Shown piece by piece: positions 10,150 through 19,141 of a stretch of DNA of 44,981 bases. Both the position numbers and the translations under genes were made by a program. Positions within the stretch are counted from its first letter, which is position 1; every line of letters starts with the position of its first letter. Location: the NCBI GenBank assembly GCA_023430705.1, contig JAEYZJ010000072.1, positions 1 to 44,981 on the forward strand, written 5' to 3'. Below the pieces are notes generated by a model, which was given only the letters and a program-made list of their open reading frames with translations, was not told the origin of the DNA and did not search any database. The DNA is from Pseudomonadota bacterium. GTDB lineage: Bacteria; Pseudomonadota; Alphaproteobacteria; Rhizobiales; Devosiaceae.

Positions 10150-11937
10150 TTGCCCGTACCCTCCTGGCCGGATGTCGCACCGCTTTTGATCGACGTTGCG
10201 ACAGGCCGCAGACCCGCTGAGATGCTGGTCCGTGACGGCCGATGGGTAAACGTACACTCGGGCGAGATCGTTCCGGGCACGGACGTCGCCATCATCGCCG
10301 GGCGGTTCGCCGCGGTCGGGCCCGACCTTTCATACGCCGCGGGTCCGGACACGCTGGTGCTCGATGCCGGTGGGCGCTACCTCGTGCCGGGCCTCTGCGA
10401 CGGCCACATGCATGTCGAGAGCGGCATGGTCACCGTCACGGAGTTCTGCCGCGCCGTCATTCCGCACGGCACCACCTCCATGTTCATCGATCCGCACGAG
10501 ATCGCCAATGTCCTCGGCATCCGCGGCGTCCGCCTGATGCACGACGAGGCGGCGGCCATGCCGGTCTCGGTTTACGTGCAGGCGCCCAGTTGCGTGCCTT
10601 CGGCCCCCGGGCTCGAGACGCCCGGTGCAACCATCTCCCCCGACGACGTCGCCGAAATGCTCACCTGGCCGCAGATCATCGGCCTCGGCGAGATGATGAA
10701 CTTCCCCGGCGTCTCCGGCAACGATCCCAGGATGCTGGCCGAGATCGCGGCCACCCAGCGCGCCGGCAGGACCGTGGGCGGCCATTATGCCTCGCCGGAC
10801 CTCGGCCGTCCCTTCTACGGCTACGTCGCCGGCGGTCCGGCCGACGATCACGAGGGTACGCGCGTCGAGGACGCCATCGCCCGGGTCCGCCTCGGCATGC
10901 GCGCCATGCTCCGGCTCGGCTCCGCCTGGTACGATGTCGCCCCGCAGATCAAGGCCGTGACCGAGCAGGGGCTCGACTCCCGCAACTTCATCCTGTGCAC
11001 CGACGACAGCCATTCGGGTACGCTGGTCAATGACGGCCACATGAACCGCGTCGTCCGCCACGCCATCGCCTGCGGCCTGAAGCCGGTCACCGCCATCCAG
11101 ATGGCGACCCTCAACACCGCAACCCATTTCGGCCTCGAGCGCGAGCTCGGATCGATCACCCCCGGCCGCCGCGCCGACCTCATCCTCACCTCCGACCTCG
11201 TCACCCTGCCGATCGAGCTGGTGATCGGGCAGGGCCAGGTGCTGGCCGAGAACGGCGTCCTCGAGACGACCCTCGAGCCTTACCAATACCCCGACTTCGC
11301 CAGGGGCACCGTGCGGATCCAGCCGCTCACGGCCGCGCGCTTCGAGATTGCCGCCCCTGCCGGGCGCAACTCGGTGACGGCGCGCGTCATCGGGGTCATC
11401 GAGAACCAGGCCCCGACCAGGGCCCTCGAGCGCACGCTGCCCGTCGAAAGCGGGCTCGTCGCCGGCGACCGCACGCAGGACGTGTGCCAGATCGCGCTGG
11501 TCGAGCGCCATACCGGCTCGGGCGCCGTGGTCAACGCGCTCGTTTCGGGCTTCGGCTACAACGTCGACTGCGCCGTGGCCTCCACGGTCGCCCACGACAG
11601 CCACCAGATGATCGTCGTCGGCACCAGCCGCGAGGACATGGCGCTTGCCGCCAATACGCTGGGCGAGGTCGGCGGCGGAGCGGTGGTCGTATCGAAGGGC
11701 AGGGTGCTGGCGCTGGTCGAGCTGCCCATCGCTGGCCTGATGTCGGACCAGCCCGCGCCCGTGGTTGCCGCCAGGGCCCAGGCTCTCGTCGACGCCATGC
11801 GCGAGTGCGGATGCACGCTCAACAACGCCTTCATGCAGCACTCGCTGCTGGCCCTCGTCGTGATCCCGGAACTGAGGATTTCCGACAAGGGCCTCATCGA
11901 CGTGCGCACGTTCGAAAAGACCGACCTCTTCGTCTAG
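10150..11937 (+). CDS. ade: Adenine deaminase (AdeC type)
   Basis: PGLCDGHMHVESG, DPHEIANVLG, GLGEMMNFPGV, CTDD and ASTVAHDSH motifs. TTG 10150 with AAAGGA RBS preferred over the ORF-track start at 10003. Confidence 0.93.
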   Translation: MPVPSWPDVAPLLIDVATGRRPAEMLVRDGRWVNVHSGEIVPGTDVAIIAGRFAAVGPDLSYAAGPDTLVLDAGGRYLVPGLCDGHMHVESGMVTVTEFCRAVIPHGTTSMFIDPHEIANVLGIRGVRLMHDEAAAMPVSVYVQAPSCVPSAPGLETPGATISPDDVAEMLTWPQIIGLGEMMNFPGVSGNDPRMLAEIAATQRAGRTVGGHYASPDLGRPFYGYVAGGPADDHEGTRVEDAIARVRLGMRAMLRLGSAWYDVAPQIKAVTEQGLDSRNFILCTDDSHSGTLVNDGHMNRVVRHAIACGLKPVTAIQMATLNTATHFGLERELGSITPGRRADLILTSDLVTLPIELVIGQGQVLAENGVLETTLEPYQYPDFARGTVRIQPLTAARFEIAAPAGRNSVTARVIGVIENQAPTRALERTLPVESGLVAGDRTQDVCQIALVERHTGSGAVVNALVSGFGYNVDCAVASTVAHDSHQMIVVGTSREDMALAANTLGEVGGGAVVVSKGRVLALVELPIAGLMSDQPAPVVAARAQALVDAMRECGCTLNNAFMQHSLLALVVIPELRISDKGLIDVRTFEKTDLFV

Positions 11938-12149
11938 AGGTCGTTCGCGGCGTTCAGTTCTGTCGTCGTCAGCCCGTCGCCTTCGGGGTCGAGCGGGTTG
12001 GTCGGCTCCATGCCGATCAGCGCCTCGATATCCACCGCCAGCATGGTCAGGTCGAGATCGGCGACGCGCTCGACCTTCTGGCGCGCCAGCGCATGCTTCA
12101 GCGCTTCCTCGATCTGCTGGGTGCGGACCGCTTCGTCAACCATTGCCAT
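11934..12149 (-). CDS. Small acidic hypothetical protein (71 aa)
   Basis: Host-like codon usage; fills the gap between ade and the next small gene. C-terminus GLTTTELNAAND. Confidence 0.65.
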   Translation of the reverse strand: MAMVDEAVRTQQIEEALKHALARQKVERVADLDLTMLAVDIEALIGMEPTNPLDPEGDGLTTTELNAANDL

Positions 12150-12285
12150 CGACCCTGATTCCGCCTTCGTCGAGCCGGATCTCCAGCGCCGGGCGCTGCG
12201 ATTCCTGGTACGCGATGTAGATGCCGAACCCGACCGCGAGGGCGGCCAGGATGGCGATGATCGTGTAGAGAGAGTTCCTGGTCAT
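12136..12285 (-). CDS. Small single-TM hypothetical protein (49 aa)
   Basis: MTRNSLYTIIAILAALAVGFGIYIAYQES..., with GGAAGG RBS. Overlaps the downstream small gene. Confidence 0.7.
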   Translation of the reverse strand: MTRNSLYTIIAILAALAVGFGIYIAYQESQRPALEIRLDEGGIRVDGNG

Positions 12286-12317
12286 CCGGGACCTTCCTGT
12301 TGACGCTGACGCCAGCA

Positions 12318-12343
12318 AACGCCCCAGCCCGGCCAATGGTTCA
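12318..12343 (-). promoter_or_regulatory. EcfG (general stress sigma)-like promoter
   Basis: Minus strand reads TGAAC-N17-CGTT versus GGAAC-N16/17-CGTT, 33 bp upstream of the small-gene ATG. Confidence 0.5.
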
Positions 12344-12895
12344 ATCCGCTATCGCCTTGAGGGCCCCGACAAATCTGTCGACGCCGGCGGCGAGGGCCCC
12401 AGAGTTGTCGATCATCGTGGCCAGCACTCCCGCGGGCACCGGCGCCCCTTCGCGGGCGAGCCGCGCCGCGATGTCGCCGGCGCTCTCCCGGCCGCGTCCG
12501 GCCAGCCGGCGGGCCCGGACCTCGGGCTCCGCGCTCACCACCAGCACGTGGCACCTGGGGTATTTCCCGATGGCCTGCTCGATCACCTTGCGCGAGGTGT
12601 TCACCACCACCACCCGTCCGTCCGCCATGGCCGCGTCGATGGCCGACGGCACCCCGTAGCAGAGCCCGTGCGCCTCCCAGTCGAGCGCATAGGCGCCCTG
12701 CAGCTTCTGCCGCGCGAACTCGGGCCCATCGAGCGTGTCGTGGTCCTCGAGCTCGATCATCGCCTGACGGGTCACGACGCGCCGCGGAAAGCTGAAGCGG
12801 CGGTCCGCGGCCAGCACGTCGCGCGCCGCCGCGATCAGCGTGTCCTTGCCGGCGCCGGACGGTCCGACCACGAGGACGAGGGCGCCCCCGCGCAT
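12341..12895 (-). CDS. phnN: Ribose 1,5-bisphosphate phosphokinase
   Basis: VVGPSGAGKDTL, RRVVTR and WEAHGLCYG. ATG overlaps the phnM stop (TGATG). Confidence 0.92.
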   Translation of the reverse strand: MRGGALVLVVGPSGAGKDTLIAAARDVLAADRRFSFPRRVVTRQAMIELEDHDTLDGPEFARQKLQGAYALDWEAHGLCYGVPSAIDAAMADGRVVVVNTSRKVIEQAIGKYPRCHVLVVSAEPEVRARRLAGRGRESAGDIAARLAREGAPVPAGVLATMIDNSGALAAGVDRFVGALKAIAD

Positions 12896-14031
12896 CAGCT
12901 GACCCGCTTGCCTTCGCGCCACACGCCCCGCACCACCGGCACCGGATCGGTCCGTCGCACCCGCACGAGGTCGGCCCGCTTGCCCACGGCGATCTCGCCG
13001 CGATCATCGAGCTGGGCCGCTTCGGCGGGGCGCTTGCTGACCATCCCCACCGCCTGCGGCAGGCTGATACTGTCGGCGACCTCGGGCAAAAGGAACGCCG
13101 CCTGCAGCAGCGCGAACGGCACGTAGTCCGAGCTGAGCACGTCCAGGACGCCCGCCCGCGCCAGTTCCGCCGCCGAGATGTTGCCGTTGTGCGACTTGCC
13201 CCGCACCACGTTGGGAGCACCCATCAGGACCGCGAGGCCGGCGGCGTGGCAGGCCCGGGCCGCATCCATGGTGGTGGGGAACTCGGCGATGCTCATGCCG
13301 TCGCGCACCGCCTCGTCCACGTGTTCGATCGTCGCGTCGTCATGGCTGGCGAAGGCCATCCCGATCTCCCGGCCACGCTCCAGGATGGCCGTGCGGTTGG
13401 CATCGGCATACCTGTCGCGGTCGGTCTGGCGCGACGCGATGTAGTTCGCCATCTCCGCGTCCGTGAGCCGCAGCTTGTTCTGGTAGTAGGCGATGTAGTG
13501 GTCGAGCGTCACGAACTGGCGGGTGCCCGGGGTGTGGTCCATCAGCGAGGCGAGACCGACGATCGGGTTGTCGCAGTGGTCGGCAAAGTGCTGCGCCACG
13601 TCGGGCGTCGCCAGTTCGCAGCGCAGGTGGATGCGGTGCTCGGCCCGCAGTCGGTTGTCTCCGGCGGCATGCGCCACCGCCTCCACCATGGCCCGCACGT
13701 CCTCCGAAATGTCGCCCGTCTCCGGGTCCGAGCCGATGCGCACCGCGTCGAAAACGGTGGTGATGCCGGCGCCGGCCACCTGTGCGTCGTGGCTCTGCAG
13801 CGCCGCCACCGCGTTCCAGGTCACTCCGGGCCGCGGCCGGTAGTGGTTCTCGAAATGGTCGGTATGGAGCTCGACGAGGCCCGGGAGCACGTAGTCCCCC
13901 TCGACATCCTCGCCCACGGTGCTGTTGCCCCGGTCGATCGCGGCGATCATGCCGTCGCGCACCAGCACGGAACCGTCGATCACCTCGTCCGCGAGGACGA
14001 TCCTGGCGTTAGCGAGCGCGAATTCGCGCAT
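12895..14031 (-). CDS. phnM: Alpha-D-ribose 1-methylphosphonate 5-triphosphate diphosphatase
   Basis: PGLVELHTD, HLRCE, SLMDHTPG, ASHDD, AEFPTT, GAPNVVRGKSHNGN and LSSDYVP. Confidence 0.93.
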   Translation of the reverse strand: MREFALANARIVLADEVIDGSVLVRDGMIAAIDRGNSTVGEDVEGDYVLPGLVELHTDHFENHYRPRPGVTWNAVAALQSHDAQVAGAGITTVFDAVRIGSDPETGDISEDVRAMVEAVAHAAGDNRLRAEHRIHLRCELATPDVAQHFADHCDNPIVGLASLMDHTPGTRQFVTLDHYIAYYQNKLRLTDAEMANYIASRQTDRDRYADANRTAILERGREIGMAFASHDDATIEHVDEAVRDGMSIAEFPTTMDAARACHAAGLAVLMGAPNVVRGKSHNGNISAAELARAGVLDVLSSDYVPFALLQAAFLLPEVADSISLPQAVGMVSKRPAEAAQLDDRGEIAVGKRADLVRVRRTDPVPVVRGVWREGKRVS

Positions 14032-14731
14032 CGGCGACCTCCCCTTCGAGCATGAAATCGTCGAGCCGGACGAACGGCGCTCCCGCCTCCGGTTCATGGA
14101 ACAGCACCAGCCGGTCGAGCACCATGTCGCGCTCAACCAGTGGCCCGAAATGGGCGGCCGCGGCCTCCATGTACAATGCGCGTTCACCCTCGGGCAGCCG
14201 GTCCGTCAGCGTCATGTGCATCTGGAACTGTTCGAAGACGTACGGGTAGCCGTAGCGGTCCATCAGCTCGACCTGCCGCGGCGTCAGGTTGCCGTTCGCG
14301 ATCCGCCGCGCCCGGTCTGCTTCCGAGGCCGGAGCGCGGAACCCGTCGAACGCTTCGACGACCGCGCCGGCGAAGGCGGTGAGCTCATCCGGCTGGTCGG
14401 CCGGAACCAGTGCGAGGAAACCGTCGATCAGCGCCAGTCGGAGACGTCCGATGGCCACCGGAACGCTCGCCGCGGCAAATCCGGCCAGCATCTCCTCGAG
14501 TTCCTCGCGGGTCCTGCCGGCGGCAAGCGCCATGGGCGCCTTGATGGTGGCATGGAAGCCGTAGCGGCGGGCCGACACCGTGCGCCTCGCGAGCGCCTCG
14601 CGGCTGAGGCCCGGGATCGCGCCATCCAAGCCGGCGCCGCTCAGCGGATCACGCCCCAGCCACTCGTTCGCCCTCGCCCACAGCGGATCCTCCGCTCCGG
14701 GCGCATGGTAGATGGCAAAGCGTTCGGGCAT
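14009..14731 (-). CDS. DUF1045 phosphonate-metabolism protein (2H phosphoesterase-like)
   Basis: RFAIY, RRYGFHATIKAP and YGYPYVFEQFQMHMTLT. Directly upstream of phnM. Confidence 0.85.
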   Translation of the reverse strand: MPERFAIYHAPGAEDPLWARANEWLGRDPLSGAGLDGAIPGLSREALARRTVSARRYGFHATIKAPMALAAGRTREELEEMLAGFAAASVPVAIGRLRLALIDGFLALVPADQPDELTAFAGAVVEAFDGFRAPASEADRARRIANGNLTPRQVELMDRYGYPYVFEQFQMHMTLTDRLPEGERALYMEAAAAHFGPLVERDMVLDRLVLFHEPEAGAPFVRLDDFMLEGEVADARIRAR

Positions 14732-14829
14732 CGGCGCGGACCTGCTGGCAGCCGGCGGAGGGACTGGCTGCGTTCGATGTCAGTTTTTTGTCGCTGCGGC
14801 AAGGTACTGCGCCAAGGTGCCGAGGGTCG

Positions 14830-15291
14830 TCACAGCACCCGGGCCACGCATGGCGCCGACGGCGAGGGAGTCGCCTGCAGCACATTGTCGGCGACCAGCG
14901 TTTCGCCTCCGCTCAGCGGCCTGAGCAGCGCAAAGAAACCGACCTGGCCCTCGCCCTTCAGCTGCCACTTGATTCGCGTCCCCGGCGGCAGGTCCTCGGA
15001 GCTGGTGTTGATCACCTCGATCGCGTTCGGCTTGCTGGCGACCGCGCAGCTCAGCGCCGCCTGCTGCCCGAAATGGCGCGACTGCAGCGCCGGCTCCTCG
15101 GGGTAGTCCGACGAGGACGAGCCGCCCGCGCGGGATGGCGACGGCTTGGACGACACATCCGCCGGCCCGGTCTTGTCGATCGGTGGCTTGAGCCCGTCGC
15201 CCGGATGGAGGAGTTCGACTTCTGCGGCCAGGGCCGGCACAAGCCACAGTGTCGCGAGCAGAAGGCACGCGAGGGGACGTACAACGTTCAT
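14830..15291 (-). CDS. Secreted hypothetical protein
   Basis: Signal peptide (..LVPALA-AE), Pro/Ser-rich linker and small C-terminal domain with two Cys. AGGAAG RBS. Confidence 0.7.
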   Translation of the reverse strand: MNVVRPLACLLLATLWLVPALAAEVELLHPGDGLKPPIDKTGPADVSSKPSPSRAGGSSSSDYPEEPALQSRHFGQQAALSCAVASKPNAIEVINTSSEDLPPGTRIKWQLKGEGQVGFFALLRPLSGGETLVADNVLQATPSPSAPCVARVL

Positions 15292-15376
15292 TCTTCTTCC
15301 TGGCGTGAGGCCAACCGGTCGCGTCCACGACCGAACGGACTATGTCTTTGCTTGTTTGGCTCGGCAACTACCCGTT

Positions 15377-15420
15377 GACGATTGAACGCGGCCTGAGGTT
15401 CCCGTTTAGCTCCCGTTCAG
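15377..15420 (-). promoter_or_regulatory. ECF-sigma-type promoter with overlapping 11-bp direct repeat
   Basis: Minus strand GGAAC-N17-CGTC (15377-15402), plus CTGAACGGGAG CTAAACGGGAA tandem (15399-15420). Confidence 0.45.
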
Positions 15421-15572
15421 CCTGCCGTTGCATCCGCGTCACAACTTGCGGCAACTGCCGGCCCGCTCGACGACTGGCGCCGGCTCGCCGCGGACGATGA
15501 TGCGGATGGCTGGCTTGCGCCCGGCCCATCCCACCGCCACTATGCGGCGAACAGGGGTATCATTACGCATTC

Positions 15573-16829
15573 ATGGACCGCGAGCTTCTCGAACGGCTCT
15601 TTCACCGCGCGGTCGACGCCGCCCGGCCCGACCACGCCATCGCCGCCAACCTGCCCGAGCCGCCGGCCGGGCGCACCATCGTCATCGGGGCCGGCAAGGC
15701 CTCGGCCCAGATGGCTCGCGCCTTCGAGCAGGCCTGGCCGCATCCGATCGACAGGGGCCTTGTCGTCACCCGCTACGGCTATGCGGTGCCCTGCGAGCGC
15801 ATCGAGATCGTCGAGGCGGCCCACCCGGTCCCCGACATGGCCGGCTTCCTCGCCGCGCGCCGGCTGATGGAGGCGGTCTCGGGACTGAGCCATGACGATC
15901 TCGTGGTGGCGCTCGTTTCCGGCGGCGGATCGGCCCTGCTGCCCCAGCCGGCCCCGGGCGTGAGCTTCGAGGACGAGCAGGCGGTGAACGAGGCCCTGCT
16001 GGCGTCGGGTGCGCCGATCTCGGTGATGAACGTCATCCGCAACGAGCTGAGCGCCATCAAGGGCGGCCGGCTTGCCGCCATGGCGGCCCCGGCCCGGGTG
16101 GCGACGCTCATCGTCTCCGACATCCCGGGTGACGATCCCTCGCTCGTCGCCTCGGGGCCCACCGTGCCGATGAACTCGAGCCGGGCCGAAGCCCGGCATC
16201 TCGCCTCGCTCTACCGGCTCAGGCTGCCACAGGCGGCCGAAGACCTGCTCGCTTCGGATGCGAACCCCGCCCCCGCGCCCTCCGATCCGCGCTTCCGGCG
16301 CAATTCGGTCCGCATCATCGCCTCGGCCGGGCTGTCGCTCGATGCCGCGGCCGATACGGCCCGGCAGGCGGGGCTCGAGACCCACATCCTCTCCGACGCC
16401 ATCGAGGGCGAGGCCCGCGACGTGGCCGGTGTCCTTGCTGCCATCGCCCGGGAGGTGAGCCGCCGCAGCCGCCCCTTCGCGCGGCCGGCCCTGCTGCTCT
16501 CGGGCGGTGAAACCACGGTGACGATAAGGGGCGATGGCCGGGGCGGACGGAACGCCGAGTTCCTCCTCGCCTTCGCACTCGCCATCGAGGGCACTACCGG
16601 CATTGCAGCTATCGCCGCCGACACCGACGGCATCGACGGGGCGGGTGACAATGCCGGCGCGTTCTGCGACGGCACCAGTGCGGCGCGGATGCGGGCCGCC
16701 GGCATCGACCCGCGGGCGGCACTTGCCAACAACGACGCCTACAACGCCTTCCGCGCCATCGGCGGCCTCTTCGTCACCGGCCCCACCGGCACCAACGTCA
16801 ACGACTTCCGCGCCATCCTGGTGAGATAG
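15573..16829 (+). CDS. Glycerate kinase type 2 / hydroxypyruvate reductase (TtuD, MOFRL family)
   Basis: IGAGKAS, EAAHPVPD, SGGGSAL, KGGRL, SDIPGDD, SGGETTV, GGRN, DTDGIDG and TGPTGTNVNDFR. Confidence 0.92.
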   Translation: MDRELLERLFHRAVDAARPDHAIAANLPEPPAGRTIVIGAGKASAQMARAFEQAWPHPIDRGLVVTRYGYAVPCERIEIVEAAHPVPDMAGFLAARRLMEAVSGLSHDDLVVALVSGGGSALLPQPAPGVSFEDEQAVNEALLASGAPISVMNVIRNELSAIKGGRLAAMAAPARVATLIVSDIPGDDPSLVASGPTVPMNSSRAEARHLASLYRLRLPQAAEDLLASDANPAPAPSDPRFRRNSVRIIASAGLSLDAAADTARQAGLETHILSDAIEGEARDVAGVLAAIAREVSRRSRPFARPALLLSGGETTVTIRGDGRGGRNAEFLLAFALAIEGTTGIAAIAADTDGIDGAGDNAGAFCDGTSAARMRAAGIDPRAALANNDAYNAFRAIGGLFVTGPTGTNVNDFRAILVR

Positions 16830-16880
16830 CAGGAGTGGCCATGGCCAGGGCCGCCAGATCGAGACGTAGAAGCCGCCGGC

Positions 16881-17081
16881 CTACTCCTCGACCCAGCTGT
16901 CGAACGTGCCGTCCTTGCTGAGGCGGGCCACCATGTAGCCGCCGCGCTCGCGCGGTCGGACCTCGTAGTCGTACTGCTGGCCGTCCATGGCGCGCTGGAT
17001 GTTGGCGGCGCTCTCCGCGCTCTCGAGCGACGCATAGACCTGCGGAACGCTGCCGCCTTCGCTGACGAATGCCCGTGACAT
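16881..17081 (-). CDS. Small hypothetical protein (66 aa)
   Basis: Strong AAGGAG RBS before ATG 17081 and host-like codons. MSRAFVSEGG... Confidence 0.65.
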   Translation of the reverse strand: MSRAFVSEGGSVPQVYASLESAESAANIQRAMDGQQYDYEVRPRERGGYMVARLSKDGTFDSWVEE

Positions 17082-17204
17082 GCCGGTCTCCTTGTTCCCC
17101 ATCCTGTACCAGTCTTGCGGAGCGGATCGATTTTGCTCTGCGGAGAACTTCCCTTCCGCTCCGACTTCCCTTTAAGTGCCGGGCGATTTGAGGAGTTGCC
17201 GCAC

Positions 17205-18143
17205 ATGGCCAAAAAGAAGATCGCCGTCATCGGCATCGGCAAGATCGCACAGGACCAGCACCTGCCGGTGATCGACAAGAGTCCCGACTTCGAGCTCGCC
17301 GCCTGCGTCTCGACGCGCGGCGTCGGCCATGGCGGCGTGCCCGTCTTCCGTACCCCGGCCGAGCTTTACAAGGCCATGCCCGAGGTGAAGCTGGTTTCGA
17401 TCTGCACCCCGCCCGGAGTCCGCCACGCCTATGTCCGCGAGGCCATCGACGCCGGCAAGGACGTGCTGATCGAAAAGCCGCCGACCCCGACCATTACCGA
17501 GTTCGAGGACCTCGTCGCCTATGGCGACAAGAAGGGCGCGATTCTCTTCCAGACCTGGCACAGCCGCTACAACGCCGCCGTCGACGCGGCCAGGCTGATC
17601 CTCAACGACGAAGGCGTCGCCTCCGTCCGCATCGACTGGCGCGAGAGCGTCCGCAAGTGGCACCCCGGCCAGGAGTGGGTGTGGGAGCCCGGCGGCTTCG
17701 GCGTCTGCGATCCCGGCATCAACGCCATGTCGATCTTCACCCACATCATGCCGTTCCCGGTCTTCGTCGAAAAGGCTACGCTGAAGTTCCCGTCCAACCG
17801 GCAGACCCCGGTCGATGTCGAGATCGAGTTCAAGTCGACCCAGAAGCACAAGCCGAAGCTCTCGGCCGGCTTCAACTGGCTCGAGGAGTCGGGCGAGATC
17901 TGGACCATCGCCATCGAGACCCGCAAGGGCAGCCAGCTGAAGCTCGAAAAGGGCGGCACCGTGCTGAAGGTCGACGGCAAGGAGACGGTCGCCAACCCGT
18001 CCGAGGAGTACGAGGCGATCTACGAGCGCTTCGCCAGGCTGCTGAAGAAGGGCAAGTCCGAGATGGACGGCTCGCCCCTCCGCCTCATCGGCGACGCGTT
18101 CCTCCTCGGCGCCCGCGAGAACGTCGAAGAGTTCCATTGGTAA
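17205..18143 (+). CDS. Gfo/Idh/MocA oxidoreductase (galactose/arabinose 1-dehydrogenase-like)
   Basis: GIGKIAQDQHLP, ICTPP, EKPP and WRESVRKWHPGQEWVWEPGGFGVCDPGINA. GAGGAG RBS. Confidence 0.85.
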   Translation: MAKKKIAVIGIGKIAQDQHLPVIDKSPDFELAACVSTRGVGHGGVPVFRTPAELYKAMPEVKLVSICTPPGVRHAYVREAIDAGKDVLIEKPPTPTITEFEDLVAYGDKKGAILFQTWHSRYNAAVDAARLILNDEGVASVRIDWRESVRKWHPGQEWVWEPGGFGVCDPGINAMSIFTHIMPFPVFVEKATLKFPSNRQTPVDVEIEFKSTQKHKPKLSAGFNWLEESGEIWTIAIETRKGSQLKLEKGGTVLKVDGKETVANPSEEYEAIYERFARLLKKGKSEMDGSPLRLIGDAFLLGARENVEEFHW

Positions 18144-18159
18144 GCCCGGGGAGACGGGG

Positions 18160-18450
18160 ATGTATGGCCTGATCGGGAGCTTCACCGCCCAGCCGGGCAA
18201 GCGCGACGAACTCATCGCCCTGATGACCGCGGCGACCGGGGACATGCCCGGTTGCCTCAGCTACATCGTTGCCACCGACCCGGGCGATCCGGACAGGATC
18301 TGGATCACCGAGGTCTGGGATTCGGAAGAGAGCCACAAGGGCTCGCTGCAGCTCCCGCTCGTCGCCGAAACGATCAGGCAGGCCATGCCGCTGATTGCCG
18401 GGTTCGGGGACCAGATCAAGACCGTGCCGGTGGGCGGCGTCGGGCTCTAG
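18160..18450 (+). CDS. ABM-domain protein (putative quinol monooxygenase)
   Basis: AQPGKRDEL, MPGCLSY and WITEVWDSEESHKGSL. Confidence 0.85.
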   Translation: MYGLIGSFTAQPGKRDELIALMTAATGDMPGCLSYIVATDPGDPDRIWITEVWDSEESHKGSLQLPLVAETIRQAMPLIAGFGDQIKTVPVGGVGL

Positions 18451-18526
18451 CTCCGTCTAGACATTGGTCCACTGGTGCGTTTTGCGTTGCGCCGCTAGGC
18501 TGCCACACAAGATTGAGGAGGCACCC

Positions 18527-19024
18527 ATGTACGAGACCTTCAACGGCTCGGCGCATCCGCTTGCGCCCAAGGAAATCGCCATCACCGCGCTGCCCGACGA
18601 CGAGCGCGTCTGGGTGCCGCAGGCCGAGGGCGTCTGGTTCCGTCCCCTCTTCCTCAACACCCTCCAGGGCCAGTGGTGCAACCTGCTGCGCGTCCGCCGC
18701 GCCGGCATTCTGAGCCGTCACCTGCACCCCCAGCCGGTGCACGGCTACGTCATCAAGGGCCGCTGGCATTATCTCGAGCACGACTGGGTCGCCGAAACCG
18801 GCTCGTATGTCTTCGAGCCGCCGGGGGAGATCCACACCCTGACCGTCCCCGAGGACTGCGAGGAGATGATCACCTTCTTCAACATCTCCGGCTGCATGGT
18901 CTATCTCGACAAGGACAACCGGCAGGTTGGCTTCGAGGACGTCTTCACCAAGATCGACATGTGCCGCAAGCACTACACCGCCGTCGGGCTCGGGGCGGAT
19001 TACGTCGAGCAGTTCGTGCGCTGA
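18527..19024 (+). CDS. Cupin, 2,4'-dihydroxyacetophenone dioxygenase family
   Basis: WVP...FRPL, RHLHPQPVHGYVIKGRWHYLEHDWVA and FEPPGEIHTL. GAGGAGG RBS. Confidence 0.8.
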   Translation: MYETFNGSAHPLAPKEIAITALPDDERVWVPQAEGVWFRPLFLNTLQGQWCNLLRVRRAGILSRHLHPQPVHGYVIKGRWHYLEHDWVAETGSYVFEPPGEIHTLTVPEDCEEMITFFNISGCMVYLDKDNRQVGFEDVFTKIDMCRKHYTAVGLGADYVEQFVR

Positions 19025-19028
19025 ACTT

Positions 19029-19126
19029 CCCCTCACCCTGACCCTCTCCCCGGCGGGAGAGGGACGCCGGACCACAGACAGTGCCGCATCGCCCCCTCGC
19101 CCTCCGGGAGAGGGCTGGGGTGAGGG
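19029..19126. repeat. Intergenic REP/RPE-like palindromic element
   Basis: Left arm CCCCTCACCCTGACCCTCTCCCCGGCGGGAGAGGG and inverted right arm CCCCCTCGCCCTCCGGGAGAGGGCTGGGGTGAGGG, each with an internal hairpin. Confidence 0.85.
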
Positions 19127-19141
19127 CACCAGGAGGCAATC

